The translations under genes and the position numbers were made by a program. A stretch of DNA of 64,000 bases from Pirellulales bacterium (GTDB lineage: Bacteria > Planctomycetota > Planctomycetia > Pirellulales > PALSA-1355): assembly GCA_050250435.1 (NCBI GenBank), contig JBFWOR010000011.1:41561-105560 (forward strand), in the 5' to 3' direction. The notes beneath the pieces were generated by a model. That model saw only the letters and a program-made list of their open reading frames with translations, was not told where the DNA came from and did not search any database. Each line of letters starts with the position of its first letter. Position 1 is the stretch's first letter. Positions 26,762 through 35,158 of this stretch are shown in pieces.

Positions 26762-27166
26762 TCAGTCTGAAATTGGATTTGATTCGGCCGCCAACTGGAA
26801 CGCGGCGACAAAGATGGCAATGTGCTCCCGGAGGATCGCGTCTTCATCCATCCCCTTGGCGCGCATTTGCGGTTCCATGCCAAAGAGATCACTGGCCTGG
26901 CGGCGGCGATCTACGCCCCCTCCGGTCGGTTCCCATCCACGAGCAAACTGGGCCTGATAAATGAAACGGATCAACTCGGGCCAGCTGCAGGGCACGCCAC
27001 ACGCGGTGCAACCAAAGCACAATCCAAATAGAAAGCTGAACACACTTTCCGAGTTGACCGTACGCACATACCGCGTGGGGCGTTCTGCAAAGAGTTGCAG
27101 CACTTCAAGAACTCTGTCTATCGCGCGTTGGCCTTCGCTCATAGGCCCATTGTAGCCGAGCGGCAA
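26762..27166 (-). CDS. Hypothetical protein (134 aa), low-GC islet
   Basis: MPLGYNGPMSEGQRAIDRVLEVLQLFAERPTRYV... An alternative start at M9 (27142) is possible. Four Cys clustered in GLCFGCTACGVPC. The layout vaguely resembles small immunity-type proteins, but no family is recognised. Confidence 0.45.
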   Translation of the reverse strand: MPLGYNGPMSEGQRAIDRVLEVLQLFAERPTRYVRTVNSESVFSFLFGLCFGCTACGVPCSWPELIRFIYQAQFARGWEPTGGGVDRRRQASDLFGMEPQMRAKGMDEDAILREHIAIFVAAFQLAAESNPISD

Positions 27167-27187
27167 GCGGCCCTGACGGCTGCTACA

Positions 27188-27436
27188 ATGGCGGGCATGG
27201 CACTGACCACTTGCCCTGAATGCCAGCAGCAGATTTCCACTCGGGCCGTGTTATGCCCGCATTGCGGTTGTCGTCCAATCCGATTCCAGTTTTCGCTCCG
27301 TTTGTTTTTCTTGATCGTGCTATTTGCTGCAATCGCAGTGGCTCTGACCGTGGCGAGCCGGAAAAAAGCACCCACCACGAACCAAACACCAAAGGCCCCT
27401 GCCGCTGCTCCAGCGGTTCCGCCCGCGCGGCCCTGA
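27188..27436 (+). CDS. Zinc-ribbon membrane protein (82 aa)
   Basis: MAGMALTTCPECQQQISTRAVLCPHCGC (CxxC-x12-CxxC), then TM helix LRLFFLIVLFAAIAVALTVA and a Pro/Ala tail. Confidence 0.55.
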   Translation: MAGMALTTCPECQQQISTRAVLCPHCGCRPIRFQFSLRLFFLIVLFAAIAVALTVASRKKAPTTNQTPKAPAAAPAVPPARP

Positions 27437-27652
27437 CGGCTTGCTACCATGGCGGCATGAGCGACGACAGCGACCAGCCCGAAGGCGCCGAGCAATTGAT
27501 CCGCGCAAAAAACAGGGCCGGCGCGTTGCACGGCGTCGGCCCGTCATGCCCGCGGTTGTGGTCCGACTGGCGCGCGATGCCAATCTGCGCCAGCCGCAGC
27601 GCACGGTCACGCCGTCACGATAGCAGCGCGGCCCTATGGTGGCAAAGCAATT

Positions 27653-28528
27653 TCAGCGTCGCCGCACTTGCCAGGCCAGCACGCCCAGCATTCCGACGGC
27701 TGCCAGCGCAAGCGTCGCAGGTTCCGGCACCGGCACCGGCGTCAGGTTCACCGACAAATGCAAACTAGTCGGCAAGTGCAGCGACGCTCCGCCGACGCCC
27801 AGCGGATCCTGCATGATCAGGATCGCTTGCATGCCAACCGTCACCTGGCCGGCGGCAACGTAGGGCGTGAGCGAATTGACGGCCTGCGATCCGACCAGGG
27901 GTCCACCGCCGGGCCCGGTGCCGTTGGCGCCGAAAAAGGGCGAGGCCTGACCCCAAGTCGCAAAGCCCGGGTCAAACACAATGGCAGTCGGCTCGATCGC
28001 CACAAAACTGGCCGGCCCGGCGCTCCAGATTCCCGACACCGAAATGGTGCCGCTGGTGGCCCACATCAAGCTGGTCGGCACGCCCAGTCCGGTGAACGTT
28101 TCCCAGACGTTGAGGTACACGTACTCATCGGTCGGCACCGGCGTGCCTTGATCCATGAAAAAATTCGTCAGCGTGACTTCGACCTGAAACGCTCCCGCTC
28201 CCAGGTTGGTGACCGTCGACACGGCGTCGCCGTACATTTGCACCGCGTTGCCCGCGTTCGGGGCATTGGCCGGATAGGCCAGCGGCACGGTCACGGAATT
28301 CGAGCCGGCGCCCGGCGCTACCAGTCCCAGCGAACCAAAGTCGGGCGTGCCGGGATCGAAGATCGTCCCCACCGGCGGCAGCGCCATGTGATTGGTGCCT
28401 GCTTGCGATGGATTGTACGAAGCGCTGATCGCCACCGCCTTGACGGTTGGGGTGCTCACCAGCAGCACTGCCCCCGCCAACGCAACGTGCAGTGCCAGCC
28501 CCACGCCAGACGCGAAAGTCGTCTTCAT
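27653..28528 (-). CDS. PEP-CTERM sorting-domain protein
   Basis: 291 aa. Signal peptide MKTTFASGVGLALHVALAGAVLLVS. C-terminus VPVPEPATLALAAVGMLGVLAWQVRRR. Confidence 0.85.
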   Translation of the reverse strand: MKTTFASGVGLALHVALAGAVLLVSTPTVKAVAISASYNPSQAGTNHMALPPVGTIFDPGTPDFGSLGLVAPGAGSNSVTVPLAYPANAPNAGNAVQMYGDAVSTVTNLGAGAFQVEVTLTNFFMDQGTPVPTDEYVYLNVWETFTGLGVPTSLMWATSGTISVSGIWSAGPASFVAIEPTAIVFDPGFATWGQASPFFGANGTGPGGGPLVGSQAVNSLTPYVAAGQVTVGMQAILIMQDPLGVGGASLHLPTSLHLSVNLTPVPVPEPATLALAAVGMLGVLAWQVRRR

Positions 28529-28828
28529 TAGCCCGCCCCCTTGTGACCCATCTTGCCGCTTGCCAACGCGCCTGGAAACGATCCAGGTGCGCCACGGCCG
28601 CGATCAATGTGTCCGCCATTCTAAGGCCGGCCGCAGGTCATACCAGTAGCGCACCAAGGCCGATTTCGGATTCCGCGTCGCCGCTGCCGAGCGATTGCCG
28701 TTTGTTCTGGCGGTCGCGGCACCGGCCGGCGGGGTAGGTTTGGCGCGTACGGCGCCGAAATGGAGCACGGCTGTGACGGTAGCGGAACGCTTGGAAACGA
28801 CGCTCCACAACAAGGCGGCGCAGCGGAA

Positions 28829-29341
28829 CTATCTCGGATCTGCGCTGCCCGTGCGGCGCCGGCGATCGGCACGCTGGGTGGCCAGTTCATCCAGCAGCGG
28901 ATCGCGCGGGCGGTCAACGGGCGGCGCCAAGCGCGCCAGCTTGAGCGACTGCCGCTGCAGGTGCTTCTGGTAGTTTGCTTCGAGCAACCGCATTTTGACC
29001 GATTCGCGCCGCTCGGCTCGCGACAGCGTTTTGCGCAGCATCGTCAACTGGGCGCGGACTTCCGGCCGCTGGAAGCCGTCGGGGCCGGCCTCGGTCACGG
29101 CCCGCGCCAACAACGACGCCCGGCTCGGGTGGCAGTTCGATTCGTCATAGCCGCCCGCTTGTTCGTAGCGACGGCGGAATTGTGCGGCAGCCGAGCTCTC
29201 CAGCGAGCGATGGATCGACGGCGCCCGTTGGGACGACCGCAGAGCGTCATCCGGCGCGCGATCCTCGCCGGCGGCCCGGGCGGCAGCAGCGCTCGATAGC
29301 AGATAGAACAGGGCCAACGCGACACTCGCTTGCCGTTTCAT
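28829..29341 (-). CDS. Secreted helical hypothetical protein (170 aa)
   Basis: Trimmed to the ATG at 29341-29339, preceded by GGGGAGGG. MKRQASVALALFYLLSSAAAARAAGE is a signal peptide. The remainder is charged and helical. Confidence 0.6.
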   Translation of the reverse strand: MKRQASVALALFYLLSSAAAARAAGEDRAPDDALRSSQRAPSIHRSLESSAAAQFRRRYEQAGGYDESNCHPSRASLLARAVTEAGPDGFQRPEVRAQLTMLRKTLSRAERRESVKMRLLEANYQKHLQRQSLKLARLAPPVDRPRDPLLDELATQRADRRRRTGSADPR

Positions 29342-29465
29342 CGCCGAACCCTCCCCGAGCATGTTGGTTCGCCGCCCGTCACACCCTGCCGGTGATTGTA
29401 CCCGATTCGGTGCGAAATGGGGCGCGCCCCGCAGGCCGCCTGCGGACAACGGGCTGACAAGCGTG

Positions 29466-30827
29466 CTACCCAACCAGCTGGGGAATGGGCGCGCCCTCGG
29501 GCAGGATGCGGACGGGCCGGCCGCTGCGATCGTAGAACTCGCGCGTGGTGTCGATGCCCAGGAATCCATAGACCGTGGCCAGCACGTCGCCCGGCGAGTA
29601 AGGATGCGTCACCGGGTGCGCGGCCTTGGCATCGGTCGCGCCCACGACTTGTCCCACCCGCAGCCCGCCGCCGGAGAACAGCACCGAAAAGGCGCCGGGC
29701 CAATGGTCGCGACCGGCATCTTTGTTGATGGCCGGCGTACGGCCGAACTCGCCGGTCACCAGCACCAGCACGCGGCGGTCCAGCCCGCGCTCGTACAGAT
29801 CGGTAACGAGCGCCGCCAGCGCCCGATCGACCGGCGGCAGCGACTTGTTCTTGAGGATGGCGAAATTGTCGCGATGCGTGTCCCACTCGCCGCCGGAGAG
29901 CACGGTGACAAACGTCGCGCCCGCCTCGACCAGCCGCCGGGCCAAGAGGCAGCTCTGGCCCACCGGCGTGCGACCGTAGCGCTCGCGCGTGACCGCCGGC
30001 TCGCGTCGCAGATCGAAGGCCTGCTGCGCGCGGCTGCCGGTGACAATCTCCAGGGCCTCGCGAGCAAAGCGGTCGACGCCGGCGGCGTCGCTCAACGCGT
30101 CGGCTTGGGCCTGCCAGCGATCGAGCTGCTGCAACAGGCCGCGGCGATCGTCGAGCCGGGCGGCATCGATGCCGGCCGGAAAGCCCAGGTTCCGCACGGC
30201 AAACGTTTCTGAGTTGGGATCGCTCTCGGGCGTGAACGGATTGCAGGTCGGGCCGAGATAGGCCGAAGCGCCCAGCAGTTGCCGGCGCGGAATGCTGACG
30301 TAAGGCGGCATGCCGGCAACGTTCGGCCCACGCTCGCGCGCCACGACCGCGCCCAGCGAGGGATTGTAGTTCATGGCCGCCGATTGCGGCGGTTGGTAGC
30401 CGGTCATCATCCAGTGCGACGCCGGCAAGTGGCTGGCGTTCGCATGGGTGACCGAGCGCACCAGCGCCACGTGATGCATGGCGCGGGCCAGGTGCGGCAG
30501 ATGCTCGCCAATGTGCACGCCGGGCAGGCTGGTGGCAATGGGCCGGAACTCGCCGCGGATTTCCGCGGGCGCTTGCGGCTTCAAGTCGTACAGATCGATG
30601 TGGCTGGGACCGCCCCCCATGAAAACCTGGATGACGGCCGTGTCGCGGCGAGCGACGTCGCCCGAGGCCGAATTTTCGGCGGCCCCGTTGTCAGCGCCTT
30701 GGGCCCGCAGGCACAGCAGATCGGCCAACGACAGACCGCCGGCGGCCAGCGCGCCAACACGTAACGCGGTGCGCCGCGTCGTCCGCGCCGGGGCGATCTC
30801 GAAGGTCCCGCGAATCTGCCTGGGCAT
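29466..30827 (-). CDS. DUF1501 domain protein (sulfatase-fold, Tat-type signal)
   Basis: 453 aa. RRTALRVGALAAGGLSLADL is Tat-like. FMGGGPSHIDLYDLKP, TGEFGRTP and GRDHWP are the blocks I associate with planctomycete DUF1501. Confidence 0.9.
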   Translation of the reverse strand: MPRQIRGTFEIAPARTTRRTALRVGALAAGGLSLADLLCLRAQGADNGAAENSASGDVARRDTAVIQVFMGGGPSHIDLYDLKPQAPAEIRGEFRPIATSLPGVHIGEHLPHLARAMHHVALVRSVTHANASHLPASHWMMTGYQPPQSAAMNYNPSLGAVVARERGPNVAGMPPYVSIPRRQLLGASAYLGPTCNPFTPESDPNSETFAVRNLGFPAGIDAARLDDRRGLLQQLDRWQAQADALSDAAGVDRFAREALEIVTGSRAQQAFDLRREPAVTRERYGRTPVGQSCLLARRLVEAGATFVTVLSGGEWDTHRDNFAILKNKSLPPVDRALAALVTDLYERGLDRRVLVLVTGEFGRTPAINKDAGRDHWPGAFSVLFSGGGLRVGQVVGATDAKAAHPVTHPYSPGDVLATVYGFLGIDTTREFYDRSGRPVRILPEGAPIPQLVG

Positions 30828-31114
30828 GGCCGCATTTTAGCCGCCTGCGACAGCCGAGCAAGACGAGCGGGGCCCTGGTGCGGCACGCGGCATTGCCGCG
30901 AAATCTGCTCGGCGCAGGGCCGATTATTGCGCTTATGCCGCACAACCGGTCCCCTGCCCACGCGCGAGCCGATTGGCAAGCTACGCTTGAGTCGGCCGCT
31001 AAGCGGGCTGCGCGCGGCTGAGTAGGTCGCGCGCTGCCATCGCCGCCGCAACCAACCGAATACCCTTGCCTGCCGCCGCCAGGTGGCTCATCTCGAGCGT
31101 GGAGGACTCTGGTC

Positions 31115-31621
31115 GTGAATCAGCAAATCAAACGCCGCAAGAAGTTCATCGATTTTGACGTGCAGGGCACCTTGCTCGTGCGCGTCGTGTTTTACTGGGC
31201 ACTGTGTATCCTGGTGACCGGACTGGTGCTGGTCGCCTGGCAGGTGCTGGTCAGCGAGAATGGCCCGTTCCTGAGCCACTTCCGCCTGGATCTGTTGTGG
31301 ATCGACTATCGCGCCGCCTTGATCGCCTCGTTGTTCACGCTGCCGTTGATCCTGTTCGACACGCTGCACATCAGCCATCGATTCGCCGGCCCGAATTCGC
31401 GCCTGCGCCGTTCGATGCGCGAGTTGGCCGCCGGTCAAAAGGTCGAGCCGGTGCGGCTGCGGCCCAATGACTTCTGGCAGGGCATGGCCGCCGAATTCAA
31501 CGACCTGATCGTGTACGTCGAACGGCTGAAGCGGCAGGCTGCCAACAACGGCAGCAAGTCGGCCAGCGATACCCACGACGAAAAAGAACACGAACTGGAA
31601 CACACCGGCGCGGGCTACTAA
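31115..31621 (+). CDS. Two-TM membrane protein with HAMP-like juxtamembrane helix
   Basis: GTG start at 31115, preceded by GGAGGACTCTGGTC. Helices VVFYWALCILVTGLVLVAWQVL and ALIASLFTLPLILFDTL, then HRFAGPNSRLRRSMRELAAGQKVEPVRLRPNDFWQGMAAEFNDLIVYV. Confidence 0.6.
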   Translation: MNQQIKRRKKFIDFDVQGTLLVRVVFYWALCILVTGLVLVAWQVLVSENGPFLSHFRLDLLWIDYRAALIASLFTLPLILFDTLHISHRFAGPNSRLRRSMRELAAGQKVEPVRLRPNDFWQGMAAEFNDLIVYVERLKRQAANNGSKSASDTHDEKEHELEHTGAGY

Positions 31622-31924
31622 GCCCCTCCGCACTGCGGGTAGCTGTGCCCGCGGACTCAACAGCCTGGCGAGACGAATGCGGGGCGTGTCCGACGGTTGC
31701 CTGCACGCGTGTGGCGTGCAACACGGCACCGTCGGTCCGCTCCGCGCTTTTTTGCTGGCGGCGGCCGGTGCGATCCGAATCCGTTCAGAGTTGATTTCGG
31801 GTGCCACTGCTGGCTCGCCAGGCAGTGCTGAGTTACTGCAAACACTGGCGGACAAGCCGCCAGTGCCACCCAGAAATTTGCCGGCACCAGGTTTTGAAAC
31901 GATTTTCTGTTTCTATGAAGCCGG

Positions 31925-33058
31925 CTATTTCACCGGCTGCGCGTGGGCCAGTGCCAGCAGGGCGAACGCGGTGGAAAGATTCGGGTCGCCTTCCATCCAG
32001 CGGCGATCGTCATTGACCCACGAGCCGTTGGGCCGTTGCCGCGCGAGCAGTGCGGCGGTCATTTCCTGACGCCAATCGTGCATTGCGCCGCTGGCGTCCT
32101 TGAACGTCGGCTGATCCACCGCCTGCAAGGCGTTGGCCATGAGGTTGTAGTAGTAATACAACCCCGCCTGGCCCAGCCCGGGATTCTCATCCAGGGTGTA
32201 ATGCTTCGCCAGCCAATCGAGGGCCGCTTTGACGCGTGGATCGTCCGGTTTGAGCCCGGCATAGACCATGCTTTTCAGTCCGGCGTAGGTCATGGAGCCG
32301 TAGCTGCGCAGCCCACCGTTGTCGCTCTTGCCCGCGGGGCTCGCGCCCTCACCGGCCGGCGAGTAAAAGAATCCGCCGTCGTTGATCTGGGCGGCAAAGG
32401 GCGTGGTGTTGTGCTCCGTTTCTAGATTCTGGCAGCGCGACACGAACACCAGTGCCCGTTGCACCGCCTCGTCGTCGCTCTTGGCGCCGGCCGACTGCAG
32501 GGCGTCGAGCAGGAAGGCGGTGTTCGACAGGTCGGGCCGCGTGTTGCCGCCGTAGCCTGCGCCGCCATAGTTGACGTTCGACTCGCTGGTGTCGTCGGTT
32601 GCGCCGTACTGCCCGCCTTTGAGAAACTGCTGGGCTCCGGCGATGATCTTGTCGTACTTGCCGTCGCGATTGGCGGCCGCAAAACACATCAGCCCCAGGC
32701 TTGTCTCATAGGTCTTGATGCGCGAGTCGGGCGCGTAGATACCGCCGTCCGCCTGCACAAAGCCTGCCAGGTTCTGCAAGCTCTTGGCGAGCAGCGGATC
32801 GTCCCCTCCGCGTCCGTGCCGCAAAATAGAAGTGGCCACGACGGCCGTGAATCCCGGCCCTGCTTTGCCGCTGAACGAGCCATCAGCGCCTTGGCTGGCG
32901 CGCAAAAACTCGATGGCCTTGCTGACCGCCGCTTCGTAGGTCGCCGGATCGATGGTCGACTTGGCCGCGGCGCTGTCCTGCGCGCACAGCGCGCTGCCGC
33001 CGGCAAGCGCAACGACAAGTGCGCTAGTCAGTGCAAAATGAACGCACACACGACGCAT
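31925..33058 (-). CDS. Secreted prenyltransferase/squalene-oxidase-repeat (terpenoid cyclase-like alpha/alpha toroid) protein
   Basis: Trimmed to the ATG at 33058-33056 (MRRVCVHFALTSALVVALAGGSALCAQD). Repeated Q-x-x-DG(G/S)(F/W/I) motifs: QGADGSF, QADGGIY, INDGGFFY, QRPNGSW. Confidence 0.8.
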   Translation of the reverse strand: MRRVCVHFALTSALVVALAGGSALCAQDSAAAKSTIDPATYEAAVSKAIEFLRASQGADGSFSGKAGPGFTAVVATSILRHGRGGDDPLLAKSLQNLAGFVQADGGIYAPDSRIKTYETSLGLMCFAAANRDGKYDKIIAGAQQFLKGGQYGATDDTSESNVNYGGAGYGGNTRPDLSNTAFLLDALQSAGAKSDDEAVQRALVFVSRCQNLETEHNTTPFAAQINDGGFFYSPAGEGASPAGKSDNGGLRSYGSMTYAGLKSMVYAGLKPDDPRVKAALDWLAKHYTLDENPGLGQAGLYYYYNLMANALQAVDQPTFKDASGAMHDWRQEMTAALLARQRPNGSWVNDDRRWMEGDPNLSTAFALLALAHAQPVK

Positions 33059-33357
33059 GGTAGTGGTCTCCGCTAGACGTGCATCGATCCCTGGGGCGCC
33101 AGCCAGTCGCGGCACGAGCGCGCCGACGGCTCAGCGATCATTATAGGACGGATGCCCAGTTCAACTAGCACGCTGCGTTAACGCGCAGAGCGTGCGGCGG
33201 ACAAAGAGCGCCGCGGAACGCAGGCCGGCTCAGCATCTGGATAGAATTTCGCCAAACCTGGCGAAAAATGCACCGCTGCGAGAATCCTCGAGAAGCCGCC
33301 GCGCGACAGTCCTGCGCGACAGTGCCGCCGCGACAGTGCCGCGCGGGCCGCAGAGCG

Positions 33358-33729
33358 TCAATCGCTGCGGCGCTGGCGCACGGCCTCAATCTGCTCAGGC
33401 GTGGGCCGCTGGGCGCGCTGAAATTCGAGACTGGCGCGCTCGGCTGCATCCCAGTCGCCGCCGCGCGCCTGTTCGATAATCTGTCGAAACGCGTCGTACT
33501 CTGCGTCGTTCATCTGGCCTTCCGTGCGACGCTTCTCCACGATGTCGGCGTTCGCTTGCAGCCAATCGGTATTGCGCGCCGAAAGCGCGGTCCGCAGCGT
33601 GGTGATCAATTCCATATTGATGGGTTGCGCCTCGGGATAGCGACAGCCGGCAATGCCCAACACCAGCAACCCGCCCAGCAAGCAGGCAGCGCGCAGCAAC
33701 CTCAGCCAACTCGTACCAAGCCGTCGCAT
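33358..33729 (-). CDS. Small helical lipoprotein, cassette 1 partner
   Basis: ATG at 33729-33727 overlaps the upstream stop (ATGA). [29 protein letters not shown] is a lipobox. Paralog of 34787-35158 (shared pattern ...MxDxxxxAxxxIIxxARxxxWDxAxxxL). Confidence 0.65.
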   Translation of the reverse strand: MRRLGTSWLRLLRAACLLGGLLVLGIAGCRYPEAQPINMELITTLRTALSARNTDWLQANADIVEKRRTEGQMNDAEYDAFRQIIEQARGGDWDAAERASLEFQRAQRPTPEQIEAVRQRRSD

Positions 33730-34769
33730 CAGTAGTCTCCGTCGATCGTCTCGCCCTTGGCGCGGCTGGAAAGAGCCGCCCAGACAAGTTGGTTGATCAT
33801 TTCGTCGATGAACCGCACACTGCCGTCGCCCAGCATCACGTTGCAGCCACCGACGTGCTCGGAATACATCTGGCAGACGTGACACAACGGGCTATTTGGC
33901 GGATGAATTGCCGGCGGCACCTCGCCGCTCGCCGGACCGCTATGCACCTGAACCAACGTGGCCGCCCGGTCGCAGGCCGAGAACGCAAACTGCTCGGTCG
34001 GGCAGACCGACGCCCCGGGCACGACGCCGACCCAGGTTTTCGAACTGAGCACCGGGTGGTGTTCGCCCAGGAATACGGTGTGCGACAAGCCGTCGGTGAC
34101 GTCTTTGGCTCGCGTCCGCGAGTTGCGATACAGCGGACCGTCGACAATCGACTTGAAGTCGTCGAGGGTGAAGCCCCAGGGTTCTTCCTGGCCCACGTTG
34201 GCCACGTAGCACGAGCGGCCAAACTTCGCCAACACCTGATTCGACTCGCCCATCACGTCGAACGGCTGTTCCGAGCCCGTGGCACTGGGGCACAAGAAGA
34301 CCGACAACTGCTGTTTGACGTACTCTGCGTTCCCCGCGTGCCAACAAGGAAGATCGCGCGCCAGCAACCCGGACAACGATTGCTCCTCGAGATACTCCAA
34401 CAGTTGCGCGCCCCAACCCCAGCCAGGACCACGGTCTCTGGTGAGCGGATCGGGAGGATCGAACAGTGGCCCGGGCTTCGATTCGTAGGCCGAAGGGAAG
34501 TAGCCGCGCGCATCGTGAAACAGATGCAGCGCCGTGCCCAGTTGCTTCAGGTTATTGGAGCACTGGCTGCGGCGGGCGGCCTCGCGGGCATTCTGCACGG
34601 CGGGCAGCAAGATCGCCGCCAGCATGCCAATGATGGCGATCACCACCAGCAGCTCAACGAGTGTGAATCCAACGCGGCCCGATGCGGCAGATCCCGACAC
34701 GGCACGGCCCGACACCGGGACATGGCCCATGGACGCGGCCTGACAATGCTTGGTCAAACGTGACGCCAT
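33729..34769 (-). CDS. DUF1559 / H-X9-DG protein with prepilin-type N-terminal cleavage-methylation signal
   Basis: Start at 34769 (GGGAG RBS 9 nt upstream). [45 protein letters not shown] is a GspG-like N-terminus. C-terminal [17 protein letters not shown] is H-X9-DG. Confidence 0.9.
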   Translation of the reverse strand: MASRLTKHCQAASMGHVPVSGRAVSGSAASGRVGFTLVELLVVIAIIGMLAAILLPAVQNAREAARRSQCSNNLKQLGTALHLFHDARGYFPSAYESKPGPLFDPPDPLTRDRGPGWGWGAQLLEYLEEQSLSGLLARDLPCWHAGNAEYVKQQLSVFLCPSATGSEQPFDVMGESNQVLAKFGRSCYVANVGQEEPWGFTLDDFKSIVDGPLYRNSRTRAKDVTDGLSHTVFLGEHHPVLSSKTWVGVVPGASVCPTEQFAFSACDRAATLVQVHSGPASGEVPPAIHPPNSPLCHVCQMYSEHVGGCNVMLGDGSVRFIDEMINQLVWAALSSRAKGETIDGDY

Positions 34770-34786
34770 ATCCAATTTCTCCCGTC

Positions 34787-35158
34787 TCAATGGGCCGCGC
34801 GGCGCTGACCTTGCACGAACGACTTGAGCGAGCGGCGGGCATCGTCCCATTCTTCGGACCGCGCAGTCGCCACAATGTCTGTCAGTGCAGTGTGAGCGTC
34901 GTCGGGCATCTTGCCGGCCGTGTGCAGCCGGTCGATCTCTGTAGCGCTTTGATTCACGAGGTCTTGCTGCCGGGCACCAATGGCCGTCCACAGCGCATCG
35001 GCCGCGCCGAGACACTGCTCATCGCCGCCCAATTGCGGCGGTCCACTGCAACCGGCCAGCAGCGTGAGGGCCAGCAGCGCGCCAGCTGCCCTGCACAGTG
35101 TCCCCCGGGCGAAGCGCCGCGCGTGGTCGTCGCTAGTTCGCAGACTATTCGTTCGCAT
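34787..35158 (-). CDS. Small helical lipoprotein, cassette 2 partner
   Basis: ATG at 35158-35156 lies 14 nt inside the upstream gene. [37 protein letters not shown] is a lipobox (LAGC). Same length class as 33358-33729. Confidence 0.65.
   Translation of the reverse strand: MRTNSLRTSDDHARRFARGTLCRAAGALLALTLLAGCSGPPQLGGDEQCLGAADALWTAIGARQQDLVNQSATEIDRLHTAGKMPDDAHTALTDIVATARSEEWDDARRSLKSFVQGQRRAAH

Noticed and set aside
27456-27768. ORF starting MSDDSDQPEGAEQL... (part of track ORF 27220..27768)
   Set aside because: It overlaps the 3' end of the well-supported PEP-CTERM gene by more than 100 nt on the opposite strand. It becomes Arg/Ser/Ala-rich with no structure. It is kept only as part of the duplicated-motif observation.
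29466-30827. DUF1501 gene as part of a PSCyt/DUF1549-DUF1553 pair
   Set aside because: The usual large partner gene is not adjacent on either side in this window, so no pair or system can be claimed.
31689-31753. Possible terminator after the 31115-31621 gene (CCGACGGT..ACCGTCGG with nested TGCACGC..GCGTGCA, then T6)
   Set aside because: The T-run lies 14 nt beyond the stem and the loop is very large. It is plausible but too irregular to list as a feature.
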